From: Patescibacteria group bacterium UBA2591
GTDB lineage: Bacteria; Patescibacteriota; Patescibacteriia; UBA2591
DNA length: 32,234 nucleotides
Direction of reading: 5' to 3'
Assembly: GCA_002339755.1 (NCBI GenBank)
Contig: DDKT01000044.1
Span: 1 to 32,234, forward strand
This document shows positions 1 through 9,062 of this stretch, in pieces. The notes under the pieces were generated by a model. The model searched no databases, was not told where the DNA came from, and saw only the letters and a list, made by a program, of their open reading frames with translations. The position numbers and the translations under genes are program-made. Within the stretch, counting starts at the first letter, position 1. Each line of letters opens with the position of its first letter.

Positions 1-217
1 AATCAATTTGAGAAGACTATGCTGATTAAATTTCTTTTAATTAGCAATGAAAACCTATGGTCAATAGTCAAAAAAGCCTTAAAATGAATGAAAATAACCA
101 AAATGGTGATTTCCCATCCTTAAAAGAGATTGAATCTATTTTGAGCCATATCTTGCCAAGGAAAGCAGCCTCTGAAATAATAAAAGTGTTACCCATGTCC
201 TCATCCAGTGCAAATCA

Positions 218-245
218 TTGACAAAATAAAATAATATGCTATTCT
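218..245 (+). promoter_or_regulatory. sigma70-type promoter for dapB
   Basis: TTGACA 218-223, 16-nt spacer, TGc-TATTCT extended -10 at 240-245; strong RBS GGAAGGAGG 292-300 before ATG 308. Confidence 0.6.
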
Positions 246-307
246 GTAAGTGAATCTACAGGGGTTTGTTTTTTCTTAGTTAATATTATTCGGAAGGAGG
301 TATAACA

Positions 308-1126
308 ATGATCAATATTGTTGTTAGTGGTGCAAGAGGAAAGATGGGATCAAGAATTGCCTCTCTTGTCCTTGCGGAGCCAGGGATGAAGCTTGTTGGT
401 GCGATTGAGACCCTTGAACATCTCTCTAAGAGGAGTGTTTATCACTTAAAGGGACAGGACTTCTTGGGGATGCCGGTGAATGTTCCCCTGACAAGCGATG
501 AACATCTCAGGGATGTCCTTGATAAGGCCGATGTCCTCATTGAGTTTACCAATCCAGAGGCAAGCCTGGCCCATCTTGAACTCTGTATAGATAAGGGCAA
601 AGGGATGGTCATTGGAACCACAGGTTTTAAGGATGGGCATCTTTCGAAGATAAAAGAGATCTCGTCATCCATCCCTGTTTTTATCTCACCCAATATGAGC
701 TTAGGGGTCAATCTCCTCTTCGATATAGTGGGAAGGGTTGCTAAGGTTCTCCAAGATGAGTATGACATCGAGATCATTGAGGTCCACCATCACCACAAGA
801 AGGATGCCCTCTCCGGCACGGCCATAAAACTTGGAGAGATCATCGCCGCATCCTTAGGCCAGCAGTTGAAGGATATAGCCATCTATGGCTGCCGGGGCTT
901 AGTTGGCGAGCGTAGTAAAGGAAAGATAGGGTTTTCGGTCGTCAGGGCAGGGGACATCATAGGCGAACACACCATTCTCTTTGCCGGTGAAGGTGAGCGT
1001 ATAGAGATCACCCATCGAGTCCACTCCTGCGACACCTTTGCCCGGGGGGCAGTCGAGGCGGCTAAGTTTCTGGCCACTAAATCCTCAGGACTCTATGATA
1101 TGAGAGATGTCTTGGGTATAAGATGA
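308..1126 (+). CDS. dapB: 4-hydroxy-tetrahydrodipicolinate reductase (several motif substitutions)
   Basis: GAxGKMG Rossmann motif, IEFT, VIGTTG, PNMSLGV, EVHHxxKKDAxSGTA, RAGDIIGEH. Confidence 0.95.
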   Translation: MINIVVSGARGKMGSRIASLVLAEPGMKLVGAIETLEHLSKRSVYHLKGQDFLGMPVNVPLTSDEHLRDVLDKADVLIEFTNPEASLAHLELCIDKGKGMVIGTTGFKDGHLSKIKEISSSIPVFISPNMSLGVNLLFDIVGRVAKVLQDEYDIEIIEVHHHHKKDALSGTAIKLGEIIAASLGQQLKDIAIYGCRGLVGERSKGKIGFSVVRAGDIIGEHTILFAGEGERIEITHRVHSCDTFARGAVEAAKFLATKSSGLYDMRDVLGIR

Positions 1127-1145
1127 TACCCAAAATCTCCAATAA

Positions 1146-1180
1146 AGAGGGGCCTCCAAAAGGTCCCTCTACTCTTTTTT
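1146..1180 (+). terminator. intrinsic terminator after dapB
   Basis: AGAGGGGCCT-CCAAA-AGGTCCCTCT stem-loop followed by ACTCTTTTTT. Confidence 0.7.
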
Positions 1181-1588
1181 GAAAAATAGTTGAAAGGTTT
1201 TGAGTAGATCATATCGAGAACTGTTCTCGATATGTCTTCTAAGGCTTCTTGTAAAATATAAAAAAGGCAACCTATATTCAACTCTCAAGCCAAACATTTG
1301 AGATTTTTTATTTTCATTATCAATGGATAATACAAATAGGTCTCTAAAAGAACTTTTCTCCCAAATTCAACTCCAGTTTCCTTTTTGATGGTAGCGTAAG
1401 ATTGTGAAACGATCGTCATAGTAGGAAGACAGGGAATAAAGGATTTGAAATATTCAATCTTTATCATCATTATTATCCTTTATTCTTAAATATCTCCTAC
1501 TTTTTGTCCACCCCTACCAGAGGTTCTTTACCCTTCTAAATGCTTCTGTTCTACTTATATAAAAGTGCGCACCATCATCATAGCCATA
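1169..1588 (-). pseudogene. decayed ORF of unknown function, 5' end lost at the left inverted repeat
   Basis: 140-codon frame YGYDDGAHFYISRTEAFRRVKNLW*GW...DKD*IFQ...NWS*IWEK...FFKKE* with only three internal stops (TAG, TGA, TGA), each one transition from a sense codon. Confidence 0.45.
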
Positions 1589-1590
1589 TG

Positions 1591-1752
1591 AATAAAATAT
1601 CTGTCTGACTAATAGTTTCTCCTTTAAAATTCGATAAGATAAACTAGGATTTGGTTAGAGATAGGGCTTGTTTGGTTTTTATAGATTTTTACTTTAAAAT
1701 CAGCCTTTACCTTTATTTTAACACAATTTTAAAGACGCGTAACTCCTGTTAT
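1591..1752 (+). repeat. left copy of ~162-bp inverted repeat
   Basis: Aligns to the reverse complement of 31567-31728; hand alignment gives 22 substitutions and 2 single-base indels (~85% identity). Confidence 0.95.
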
Positions 1753-1848
1753 GCACTATCTTTATTGGGCCATTTATGCCATTTTTATGCTATTTCTAAA
1801 TATGAGGTGAATAGATCCCTAAATAACCTTGACAGTTCGTTTTAGACA

Positions 1849-1878
1849 TTGACAGAACTATCTCCTTTATGCTATACT
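1849..1878 (+). promoter_or_regulatory. sigma70-type promoter
   Basis: TTGACA 1849-1854, 18-nt spacer, TGc-TATACT 1873-1878; implies the real start codon is 1890 or 1902, not 1869. Confidence 0.65.
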
Positions 1879-1889
1879 ATGTTTATAGA

Positions 1890-3914
1890 ATGATTAAAAA
1901 AATGACTAAAGAAATAGACAAAAAAAATGAGAATAAATTGACTTTAAGTACTCCTTTTATTATCTTTTTCTCTCTTTTTTTATTTTTGCTAGGAGTATTT
2001 TTTATATTTAATATATTTAAATCTATCTCTAACTTACTTCGACCTCCGTTCTATCCTTTACCACCAGAAACAAAAGAAGTAGAAACTATTGCCAAATTCT
2101 CTTCTGAAGCTGAATTTAAAGCTTATCTGGGGAAAATAAGCCAACGAGAATATTTTGAGGATTTTAGAATTAGAAGAAGGGCTTTTGAAAGATTTGAAAT
2201 GGAAAAAGTGGGAGAACTCCCTACTCCCCTTTCCCTAGAAAAAAAAGTTGGTATTCCAGAAAGAATTGCTGAAACAACTGTTCAAGTTATAGGGATTGAT
2301 GAACCGGACATTGTCAAAACTGATGGCAAAAGAATCTATTTCTCTTCAGAGGAAAGGCGCTGGCATTGGTCTCCAGAACCAAGAGATTCTTCTCCAAAAA
2401 CAAAAATAATAAAAGCCTTTCCCCCTCTTGATTTAGCAATAGAAGGCACTATTGATGAAATAGGTAATTTGCTTTTAGATAAAGATAAAAATATTTTAAT
2501 AGTTTTCTCCTCTCAGGGCATTTTTGCTTATGATGTTTCCCTTCCTGAATCACCTGAGAAAAAATGGGAGATAAAATGGGAAAGAAATAGTTCTTTAGCT
2601 GAAGCTCGTTTTTATAAAAATAAAATATATTTGGTTACTAAATCTTTTATTAATCAAGCCCAACCTTGCCCCATTAAACCTTTAACTATAAAAGAAGATA
2701 CTTTAATTATTGATTGTCAGGAGATTTATCACCCCGTTGCTCCGGTTCCGGTAGATACTACTTTCCTTGCCATGATCCTAGACCCAGATTCTGGAGAAAT
2801 CGAAAAGAAAGTTTCTTTTATTGGTCTTTCGGATACCACGGTAGTCTATATGTCAGAAAAGGCTATTTATGTTACTTATTCTTATCAAAAAGATCCTCTT
2901 GAATTCCTTTTAACCTTTTTCAAAGAGAAAGGCCGAGACCTCTTGTCCCCTTCAATTTTTGAAAAAATAGAAAGATTAGAAAACTATACAATAAGTATAG
3001 CTGCCAAACACTTAGAACTTCAAATTATTCTTGAAGAATTCTTGGATTCTTTAAAAAGCGAAGAAAAATCAAGAATAGAAAATGAATTCTTTAACCGAAT
3101 GACAGATTATTATAAAAAGCATAAAAGAGAATTAGAAAAGACTGGTATAGTAAAAATAGAATTAGATAAATTCGAAATAACAACAGTTGGCAATGTTCCT
3201 GGCTTTCCCTTAAATCAATTCGCCTTAGATGAATATCAGGATAATTTAAGAATTGCTACTACTGTAGGAGAAAGATGGTCTAACTTTCCGGGATTCGGAG
3301 GATTTTCCCAAGAAAGCGCTAATGATGTTTATGTTTTGGATAAAAATCTAAAAATTATAGGAGTAGTTGAAGACCTAGGAATAACTGAGAAAATTTATTC
3401 TGCTAGATTCATAAGAGATAAAGGCTATCTAGTCACTTTCAGGGAAATAGATCCTTTTTATGTTCTGGATTTGTCTGACCCTTCAAATCCCCAAGTAAAA
3501 GGTGAACTAAAAATCCCTGGTTATTCTTCTTATCTTCACCCTCTAACAGAAAAGAGGATTTTAGGTATTGGCAAGGAAGGTAGGGAAATAAAAATCTCCT
3601 TATTTGATGTTTCTCAGCCTGAAAATCCTCTTGAAATAGACAAATATATTTTAAAAGAATACTGGTCAGATATTTTAAAAACTCACCGTGCTTTTCTTTT
3701 GGATGCAAAATACGAAATTTTCTTCTTGCCCGGGACTGAAAAAGGGTATATCTTTTCTTATAAAAATGACCAGCTGGAATTGAAAAGAGTTATCGAAAAA
3801 ATTAGAGCCAAAAGAGCTCTTTATCTTGATGATTATTTATACATAATAGGTGAAGATAAGATCACTGTTTTGGATGAAAAGAATTGGGAAAAGATAAATG
3901 AATTGGAGCTCTAA
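1890..3914 (+). CDS. membrane-anchored beta-propeller domain protein (Beta_propel family)
   Basis: N-terminal TM helix; TxVQVxGIDEPDIVKTDG, NQFALDEY..LRIATT, EKIYSARF..GYLVTFR.IDPFYVLDLSDP, GELKIPGYSSYLHP. Confidence 0.88.
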   Translation: MIKKMTKEIDKKNENKLTLSTPFIIFFSLFLFLLGVFFIFNIFKSISNLLRPPFYPLPPETKEVETIAKFSSEAEFKAYLGKISQREYFEDFRIRRRAFERFEMEKVGELPTPLSLEKKVGIPERIAETTVQVIGIDEPDIVKTDGKRIYFSSEERRWHWSPEPRDSSPKTKIIKAFPPLDLAIEGTIDEIGNLLLDKDKNILIVFSSQGIFAYDVSLPESPEKKWEIKWERNSSLAEARFYKNKIYLVTKSFINQAQPCPIKPLTIKEDTLIIDCQEIYHPVAPVPVDTTFLAMILDPDSGEIEKKVSFIGLSDTTVVYMSEKAIYVTYSYQKDPLEFLLTFFKEKGRDLLSPSIFEKIERLENYTISIAAKHLELQIILEEFLDSLKSEEKSRIENEFFNRMTDYYKKHKRELEKTGIVKIELDKFEITTVGNVPGFPLNQFALDEYQDNLRIATTVGERWSNFPGFGGFSQESANDVYVLDKNLKIIGVVEDLGITEKIYSARFIRDKGYLVTFREIDPFYVLDLSDPSNPQVKGELKIPGYSSYLHPLTEKRILGIGKEGREIKISLFDVSQPENPLEIDKYILKEYWSDILKTHRAFLLDAKYEIFFLPGTEKGYIFSYKNDQLELKRVIEKIRAKRALYLDDYLYIIGEDKITVLDEKNWEKINELEL

Positions 3915-3996
3915 AAGACAAACCCACAGAAGAACTATTTCTGCCTAAATAAACCCTTGCACTCTGCTACTGTTTTTCTTTAATTTTAAAAAATTT

Positions 3997-4288
3997 ATGC
4001 CAGAAATCTTACCTGTGTCATCAATAAATCCTATAGAAAGCCAATATGGGCGTCTTCCTAAAAAACTTACTGAACAAAGAAATAAAAGACAAAAAAGAAA
4101 AACCGAAGATGAAGATAAAGATAGCTTTAGACAAATTCTAAAAGATCAAAAAAAAAATTAAAAAACTTCTAGCTTCTCCAAGAGCCAGATTGAATATTCT
4201 GGAAGATAAAATACAGGAGTTGATAATAAAATCAGAATTATTAGAAAATTCTCAAAAACAAAATTTCTCCAAAAAAAATAAATTCTAA
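3997..4288 (+). pseudogene. small hypothetical protein, probable frameshift in an A10 run
   Basis: MPEILPVSSINPIESQ...DQKK stops just after the A10 run (4148-4157); removing one A continues as IKKLLASPRARLNILEDKIQELII...KF*. Confidence 0.35.
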
Positions 4289-4343
4289 GTCTGAATAAAT
4301 AGTCGTTTTTCTAATTGGATAAGCCTGCCATCTAAAGTATTAT

Positions 4344-5324
4344 ATGACTCAAAGTCAATTTTTAAAGTTTGTCTCCTATTTAACAAAATATTATCAAGTT
4401 TACGCGTCACAAAAAGTCGAAGAAAAAATTTTAATTAAAAAAGTAAATGATCCTAAAAAGGTAATATTAGACGAAAGATTACCTTTTTTTTCTTGGAAAA
4501 AATTTTTTATTCCAAAACACGAAAAACTCTTTGATTATCAAAAAACCAATCTTTTAATTCCCAAAACTAAATCCATTAAAAAACAAGCACTTCTAGGTAT
4601 TAACTTTTTGGACTTAAAGGCAGTGCTTTTATACAACCATATCTTCGAAAAAGATCCTTATTATCAAAAATCTCGTCAAAATACTCTTATTATTGGACAC
4701 AGTTTTGTTCCAAAAATTGAGGATAACATCTTTGAAGAAAAATATGAAGAACATATTTTAGAACATCTCCAATTCGATATTTTTTTAGCTAAAAGCAAAG
4801 AGATAGATTTTCAGGTTTTTACTGGCTCACGAGAAGGACAAAGGGTCCTAGAAAAGTTTAATTATAAAAATTATCGCCATATTCAATTTTCCGGACCGAT
4901 CAAAGAAGAAGGGCCTGGTAAAGAAATGCTTGAACTCCGAAATAAATTAAAAAATCTCTATAACTCTAAAACTTGGAAAGAACTCGGTAAGACATGTCTA
5001 GAATGCGGAAAATGTAGCATTATTTGTCCAACTTGTTTTTGTTTTAGAATTGATGATCAATCTTTGGAAAAAAATAAAGGATTTAGACAACGTGCCTGGG
5101 ATTCCTGTTATTTTCCGGAATTTTCAGAAATTAGTGGTGGACTTAAGTTTTTAGAAAACGCCAATCAAAGAATCTACTTTTGGTATTATCATAAATTTGT
5201 TCGTATTCCGGAAGAATATGGATTTGTAGGATGCATAGGTTGTCGAAGATGTAATAAAGTTTGCCCGGTAGAAATTGACATTGAAAAAACATTAAAACAA
5301 ATAACTAAAGAGGAATGCAAATAG
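4344..5324 (+). CDS. 4Fe-4S dicluster protein, group 3b sulfhydrogenase beta subunit / AsrA-like
   Basis: CLECGKCSIICPTCFCF, R.WDSC...F, YHKF, GCIGCRRCNKVCPVEID. Confidence 0.85.
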   Translation: MTQSQFLKFVSYLTKYYQVYASQKVEEKILIKKVNDPKKVILDERLPFFSWKKFFIPKHEKLFDYQKTNLLIPKTKSIKKQALLGINFLDLKAVLLYNHIFEKDPYYQKSRQNTLIIGHSFVPKIEDNIFEEKYEEHILEHLQFDIFLAKSKEIDFQVFTGSREGQRVLEKFNYKNYRHIQFSGPIKEEGPGKEMLELRNKLKNLYNSKTWKELGKTCLECGKCSIICPTCFCFRIDDQSLEKNKGFRQRAWDSCYFPEFSEISGGLKFLENANQRIYFWYYHKFVRIPEEYGFVGCIGCRRCNKVCPVEIDIEKTLKQITKEECK

Positions 5325-5517
5325 ATGAAAAATCTAGCTTGACTTTTATTCTAACTCCTAAAGACTCAAAAGGGTCTTTTTTGGAATTCTTAATTCTTTT
5401 ATTCATTATCAAAACTTGTCAAAAAATTTTGCCTAGGCTTTACTTTGTTTAAATCCATTTTTGTTTTTAAAATTCCTTTTATTTTATCGATTTCTAAAAT
5501 TAATTTAGAAATTTAAC

Positions 5518-5547
5518 AAAAAAAGACAGTAAGGTCATTTCTGTCTT
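5518..5547 (-). terminator. intrinsic terminator downstream of comM
   Basis: AAGACAG/CTGTCTT stem (5523-5547) followed by a T-run on the minus strand. Confidence 0.45.
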
Positions 5548-5700
5548 AAAACAAAAATTGTTAAATTAATCAAAAAGTTCTATAGAAAGACAATTTATGG
5601 TGTTTTTTTAAAGATAATTTATTCTCATTTTGTATTTAAGGGATAATTTTTGAAATCTAAATCTTGTTCCTGATGATAAGAAATCAAAAAATCCGATTCT

Positions 5701-7221
5701 TCAATCATTTTTAACTCGATATTGCAAAGCTTCAGCTAGATGATTAGTTCGAATCTCGAGTGAGCCGGCTAAATCAGCAATGGTACGGCTAACTTTCAAA
5801 ACTCGATAATAACTACGAGCAGAAAGCCGGAATTGATCAATAGCTTGACGAAGTAAAGTTAATCCAGCTTCATCAAGAGAAATGAATTTTTTTATCAAGC
5901 GAGGGGTTAACTCTGAATTATTAAAAATTTCCAATCCTTTATAACGTTTGGTTTGGACATCCCTTGCTCTCTGAACTCTTTCTCTTATTTTTACCGAGAA
6001 TTCCGCTACTTGTTCTTCGGTTAATTTCTCTGTTTTCACTCGAGGCACTTCTATATAAAGATCAATCCGGTCTAAAAGAGGTCCGGAAATTTTTTTTCGA
6101 TATTTATTAATTTGTCCAAGGCTACAAATACATTTCAGTTCAGAATCACCGTAAAATCCACAAGGACAAGGATTCTGAGCAGCGATTAAAGTAAAACGGG
6201 CCGGAAAAACAACGCTAGCCTGAGCTCGAGAAACAACAATTATTCCATCTTCAAGAGGTTGCCTTAAATTCTCTAAAGCAGATGAGGGGAATTCAGAAAA
6301 TTCATCAAGAAATAAGATGCCCCGATGAGCAAGACTAATTTCACCTGGCTTAGGAAACTGCCCACCTCCAACTAAAGCTATACCTGAACTAGTATGATGA
6401 GGGGCCCGAAACGGTCTTTGAAAAACCAAGGGCTTGTCTTGAGACAAGCCGCCAGCAACGCTATAAATCTTTGTTACTTCCAAAATTTCCTCTTTGTTCA
6501 TTTGGGGAAGAATAGAGGGCATTGCTCGAGCTAAAAGAGTTTTCCCAGTCCCAGGCGGTCCGATCATCAGTACATTGTGCCCTCCAGCAGCAGCAATCTC
6601 TAAAGTCCTCTTTGCTTGTTCCTGGCCTTTAATATAGCCCATGTCTATTTCAAAATCTATATTTTCCTCTAATTCAATTCCTTTGCTTTGATAAGGTTTA
6701 ATAATTTCTCGGCCGCAAAAATGATTAACTAATTCTCTTAAATTATTCAAGGGATATAATTCCAGCCCTTCGATTAGTTCCGCTTCTTTAAGATTAACAG
6801 ATGGTAAAAAAATTTTTGTTAATCCTCGCTCCTTAGCAAACATAGCAATAGGTAAAATACCCCTTGTATACCTTACATCCCCATTTAGAGAAAGTTCACC
6901 AACAAAAAGAGCTTCTTGGGGAAGTTTTGAGGGGATTTGTTCGGTTGCTGCCAAAATTCCTGCTGCCATAGGAAGATCATAACTAGGTCCAATTTTTTTT
7001 ATATCCGCTGGAGCAAGATTGATAATTAAACGTTTTCGGTCAAGAAAACCTAAACCAGAATTTGCTAAAGCTGATTTAATTCTTTCCTTTGCTTCTTCTA
7101 CTGCTTTATCTGGTAAACCAATAATATCAAAACCAGTCCATCCAAAACCAAGATCAACTTCTACTTCCACAAGTTGTGAAATAAGTCCGATAACAGCGCA
7201 AGACTTGGTTTTAACTAACAT
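5701..7221 (-). CDS. comM: YifB/ComM family Mg-chelatase-like AAA+ ATPase
   Basis: IIGLPDKAVEEAKER, INLAPAD, GPPGTGKT, PFRAPHHT, PGEISLAHRGILFLDE, NPCPCG, SGPLLDRID, LSAR. Confidence 0.93.
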   Translation of the reverse strand: MLVKTKSCAVIGLISQLVEVEVDLGFGWTGFDIIGLPDKAVEEAKERIKSALANSGLGFLDRKRLIINLAPADIKKIGPSYDLPMAAGILAATEQIPSKLPQEALFVGELSLNGDVRYTRGILPIAMFAKERGLTKIFLPSVNLKEAELIEGLELYPLNNLRELVNHFCGREIIKPYQSKGIELEENIDFEIDMGYIKGQEQAKRTLEIAAAGGHNVLMIGPPGTGKTLLARAMPSILPQMNKEEILEVTKIYSVAGGLSQDKPLVFQRPFRAPHHTSSGIALVGGGQFPKPGEISLAHRGILFLDEFSEFPSSALENLRQPLEDGIIVVSRAQASVVFPARFTLIAAQNPCPCGFYGDSELKCICSLGQINKYRKKISGPLLDRIDLYIEVPRVKTEKLTEEQVAEFSVKIRERVQRARDVQTKRYKGLEIFNNSELTPRLIKKFISLDEAGLTLLRQAIDQFRLSARSYYRVLKVSRTIADLAGSLEIRTNHLAEALQYRVKND

Positions 7222-7268
7222 GATAAAATAATGGAATACAAAACCAAAAATTGAATCAATTACAAATT

Positions 7269-7730
7269 TTAAATCTCAAGTTCATCGCTTTTTAAAATCT
7301 TTTTTGTCAGCATCCCTATTCCTCCTACTATCATTAAATCTCCTAAATTAAAAATTGGTAGAAAGGGAAGAGCAACATAATCAATAATGTAACCATAAAA
7401 AATCCAATCGATTAAATTACTCAAAGCTCCTAAAATAATTAAAGAAAATGAGATAATAAAAAAAGAGGTCTTTTTCTGATAAGCTCTAAAAAGAAGTAAA
7501 AATAAAACAAATAGAATGATAATTATTAAAATGCTTACCAAGGATGGTGGCAAAGATAATCTAAAAATTAAAAAAAAATTTTTTTCAGGGATAAAAAATT
7601 TAGTAGAAAAATTTTTAAGAGCCAAATTTTTTAGAAATCGATCCAAAATAAAAAAAACAAAAATTACCAAATTTATCACCAAAATCTTAATTCTATATTC
7701 ATTTATAAACTTATTTAGCCAAAAATTCAT
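7269..7730 (-). CDS. lspA: signal peptidase II, possibly impaired
   Basis: Four TM segments; GALSNLID(W)...GYIIDY and FNLGD match the GNxxDR/VxD/FNxAD motifs with substitutions. Confidence 0.8.
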   Translation of the reverse strand: MNFWLNKFINEYRIKILVINLVIFVFFILDRFLKNLALKNFSTKFFIPEKNFFLIFRLSLPPSLVSILIIIILFVLFLLLFRAYQKKTSFFIISFSLIILGALSNLIDWIFYGYIIDYVALPFLPIFNLGDLMIVGGIGMLTKKILKSDELEI

Positions 7731-8116
7731 ATCCTTTCCTTGAATTGGTTTTTACAATTAATACATAAGGTAGCAGCTGGAAAAACTTTTAAACGCCTTG
7801 GATCAATCGGAGTTTTACATTCTTCACAAAAACCATAAGTATTCTTTTGAATTTTAATTAAAGCTTCATTTACTGCCTTTAAAAGTGTCTCTAAAACTCC
7901 TTCCAGAGAGATCGTATCATTAAAAGTAACAACTTCTTGAACATTTTCGCCATCTCTAGTAGATACTTGCTCAGGATACCGAACCCGATAGCTATCTTTT
8001 TGGTGCTTATCTTTTTCTGCTATTCCCTCCAATTCCTTTTCCAATCTTTTTTTCTCTTGAAGCAACTTGGTTTTTATAGATTGAATAAATTGCTTGTCTA
8101 TAGTGTTCTTGTCCAT
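7727..8116 (-). CDS. TraR/DksA C4-type zinc finger protein
   Basis: Coiled coil plus TYGFCEEC..PIDPRRL..PAATLCINC; 4-nt overlap with lspA. Confidence 0.88.
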   Translation of the reverse strand: MDKNTIDKQFIQSIKTKLLQEKKRLEKELEGIAEKDKHQKDSYRVRYPEQVSTRDGENVQEVVTFNDTISLEGVLETLLKAVNEALIKIQKNTYGFCEECKTPIDPRRLKVFPAATLCINCKNQFKERI

Positions 8117-8260
8117 AATATTTCAGATTAAACTAAATAATTTAGTATATTTGAGAAAAATTAGAATTCTAAAAAAATCTCATTTAAGAAATGAGTGAAA
8201 ATAAATAAATGAGGAAGAAAGTCAAAAATTAATATTTCATATAATCTTCAACTTTTTTCT

Positions 8261-8605
8261 TTATTTTAAAACATCTAACATGTCTATTAGCTCTTTTATT
8301 AGCTCTTGCTTGATTTCCTCTGGTGGTGTAGTACTTCTATCAGGATATTCTTGCTTTAAATCATGAACCTTCTTTTTTAGACTTTCTAGTTTTTCTTGAA
8401 TAGCTTCATATCTTTCCAATCCAAGTTCAGTTTTAGCTTTTTCACCAGATAAATATGTATCAATTGCATCAAGAGGGCTAGTAAAACAGGCAAGCTAAGA
8501 ATTGGCTGTCCTTTGAAATTCTCTTTCAATCGACTCTGAAGATTTTAAAATTATATCTTTAGCTTCTTCAATACGACTCTTAGGTTGTTCTTTAAAATTT
8601 TCCAT
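8261..8605 (-). pseudogene. hypothetical protein with one in-frame TAG
   Basis: 115-codon frame MENFKEQPKSRIEEAK...RTANS*LACFTSPLDAID...DMLDVLK*; single TAG at 8495-8497 (codon 37). Confidence 0.7.
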
Positions 8606-8990
8606 AGAAATTTTTATTATCCGCTTTCCATTCTCAGTGTAAAAAATCTTTGTAAAACAAAAAATTTAAATGGAACAATGAAATTGTGAAATTTTTTAGC
8701 AGTTGCTCTATGAGATAGTGACTCTGAGTGAAAAGCGAAAAACTAGAAAACAATTTAAAAAGCTTTCAAAACTAAGAAAAAAGTCACCTCTCTAAAGCAA
8801 AATTAGTATAAAAGATCGAATCTTTAACTACCATCTTTAAAATTCAGATGATTAAAATTACTTTACCAGATAGCGATCATTTAGGCAAAAATTGAATTGA
8901 ATTAATATAAAATGACTCTGGAAGGATATTGATTCTGCAATATAAAATAACGTCGAAATTAGAAGTAAGGATTTAATCTATCTGAAATAA

Positions 8991-9062
8991 TGGACCTAGG
9001 CAGATTTGAACTGCCGACTTCCGCAATGCGAATGCGGCGTTCTGCCACTGAACTATAGGCCC
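8991..9062 (-). tRNA. tRNA-Ala (anticodon CGC)
   Basis: GGGCCTA/TAGGTCC acceptor stem with G3:U70, discriminator A, D-arm GTTC/GAAC, anticodon arm CCGCA-TTCGCAT-TGCGG, T-arm GGCAG-TTCAAAT-CTGCC; CCA not encoded. Confidence 0.95.

Noticed and set aside
1-221. Two short + strand frames (1-87 and 84-221) overlapping at ATGA
   Set aside because: No recognisable motif and too short to support a call
1093-1470. Track ORFs 1093-1281 and 1285-1470 as genes (the first vaguely nucleotidyltransferase-like)
   Set aside because: No convincing motif; a longer stop-interrupted frame explains the region better
1602-1620. TGTCTGACTAATAG as a Tn7/Mu-like TGT end
   Set aside because: The right copy reads TAT, homology extends outside it, and there is no 5-bp target duplication (ATATC vs GATGC)
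1651-1845. 64-aa ORF across the left repeat
   Set aside because: TTG start; the frame is broken by an indel in the right copy, so it is non-coding
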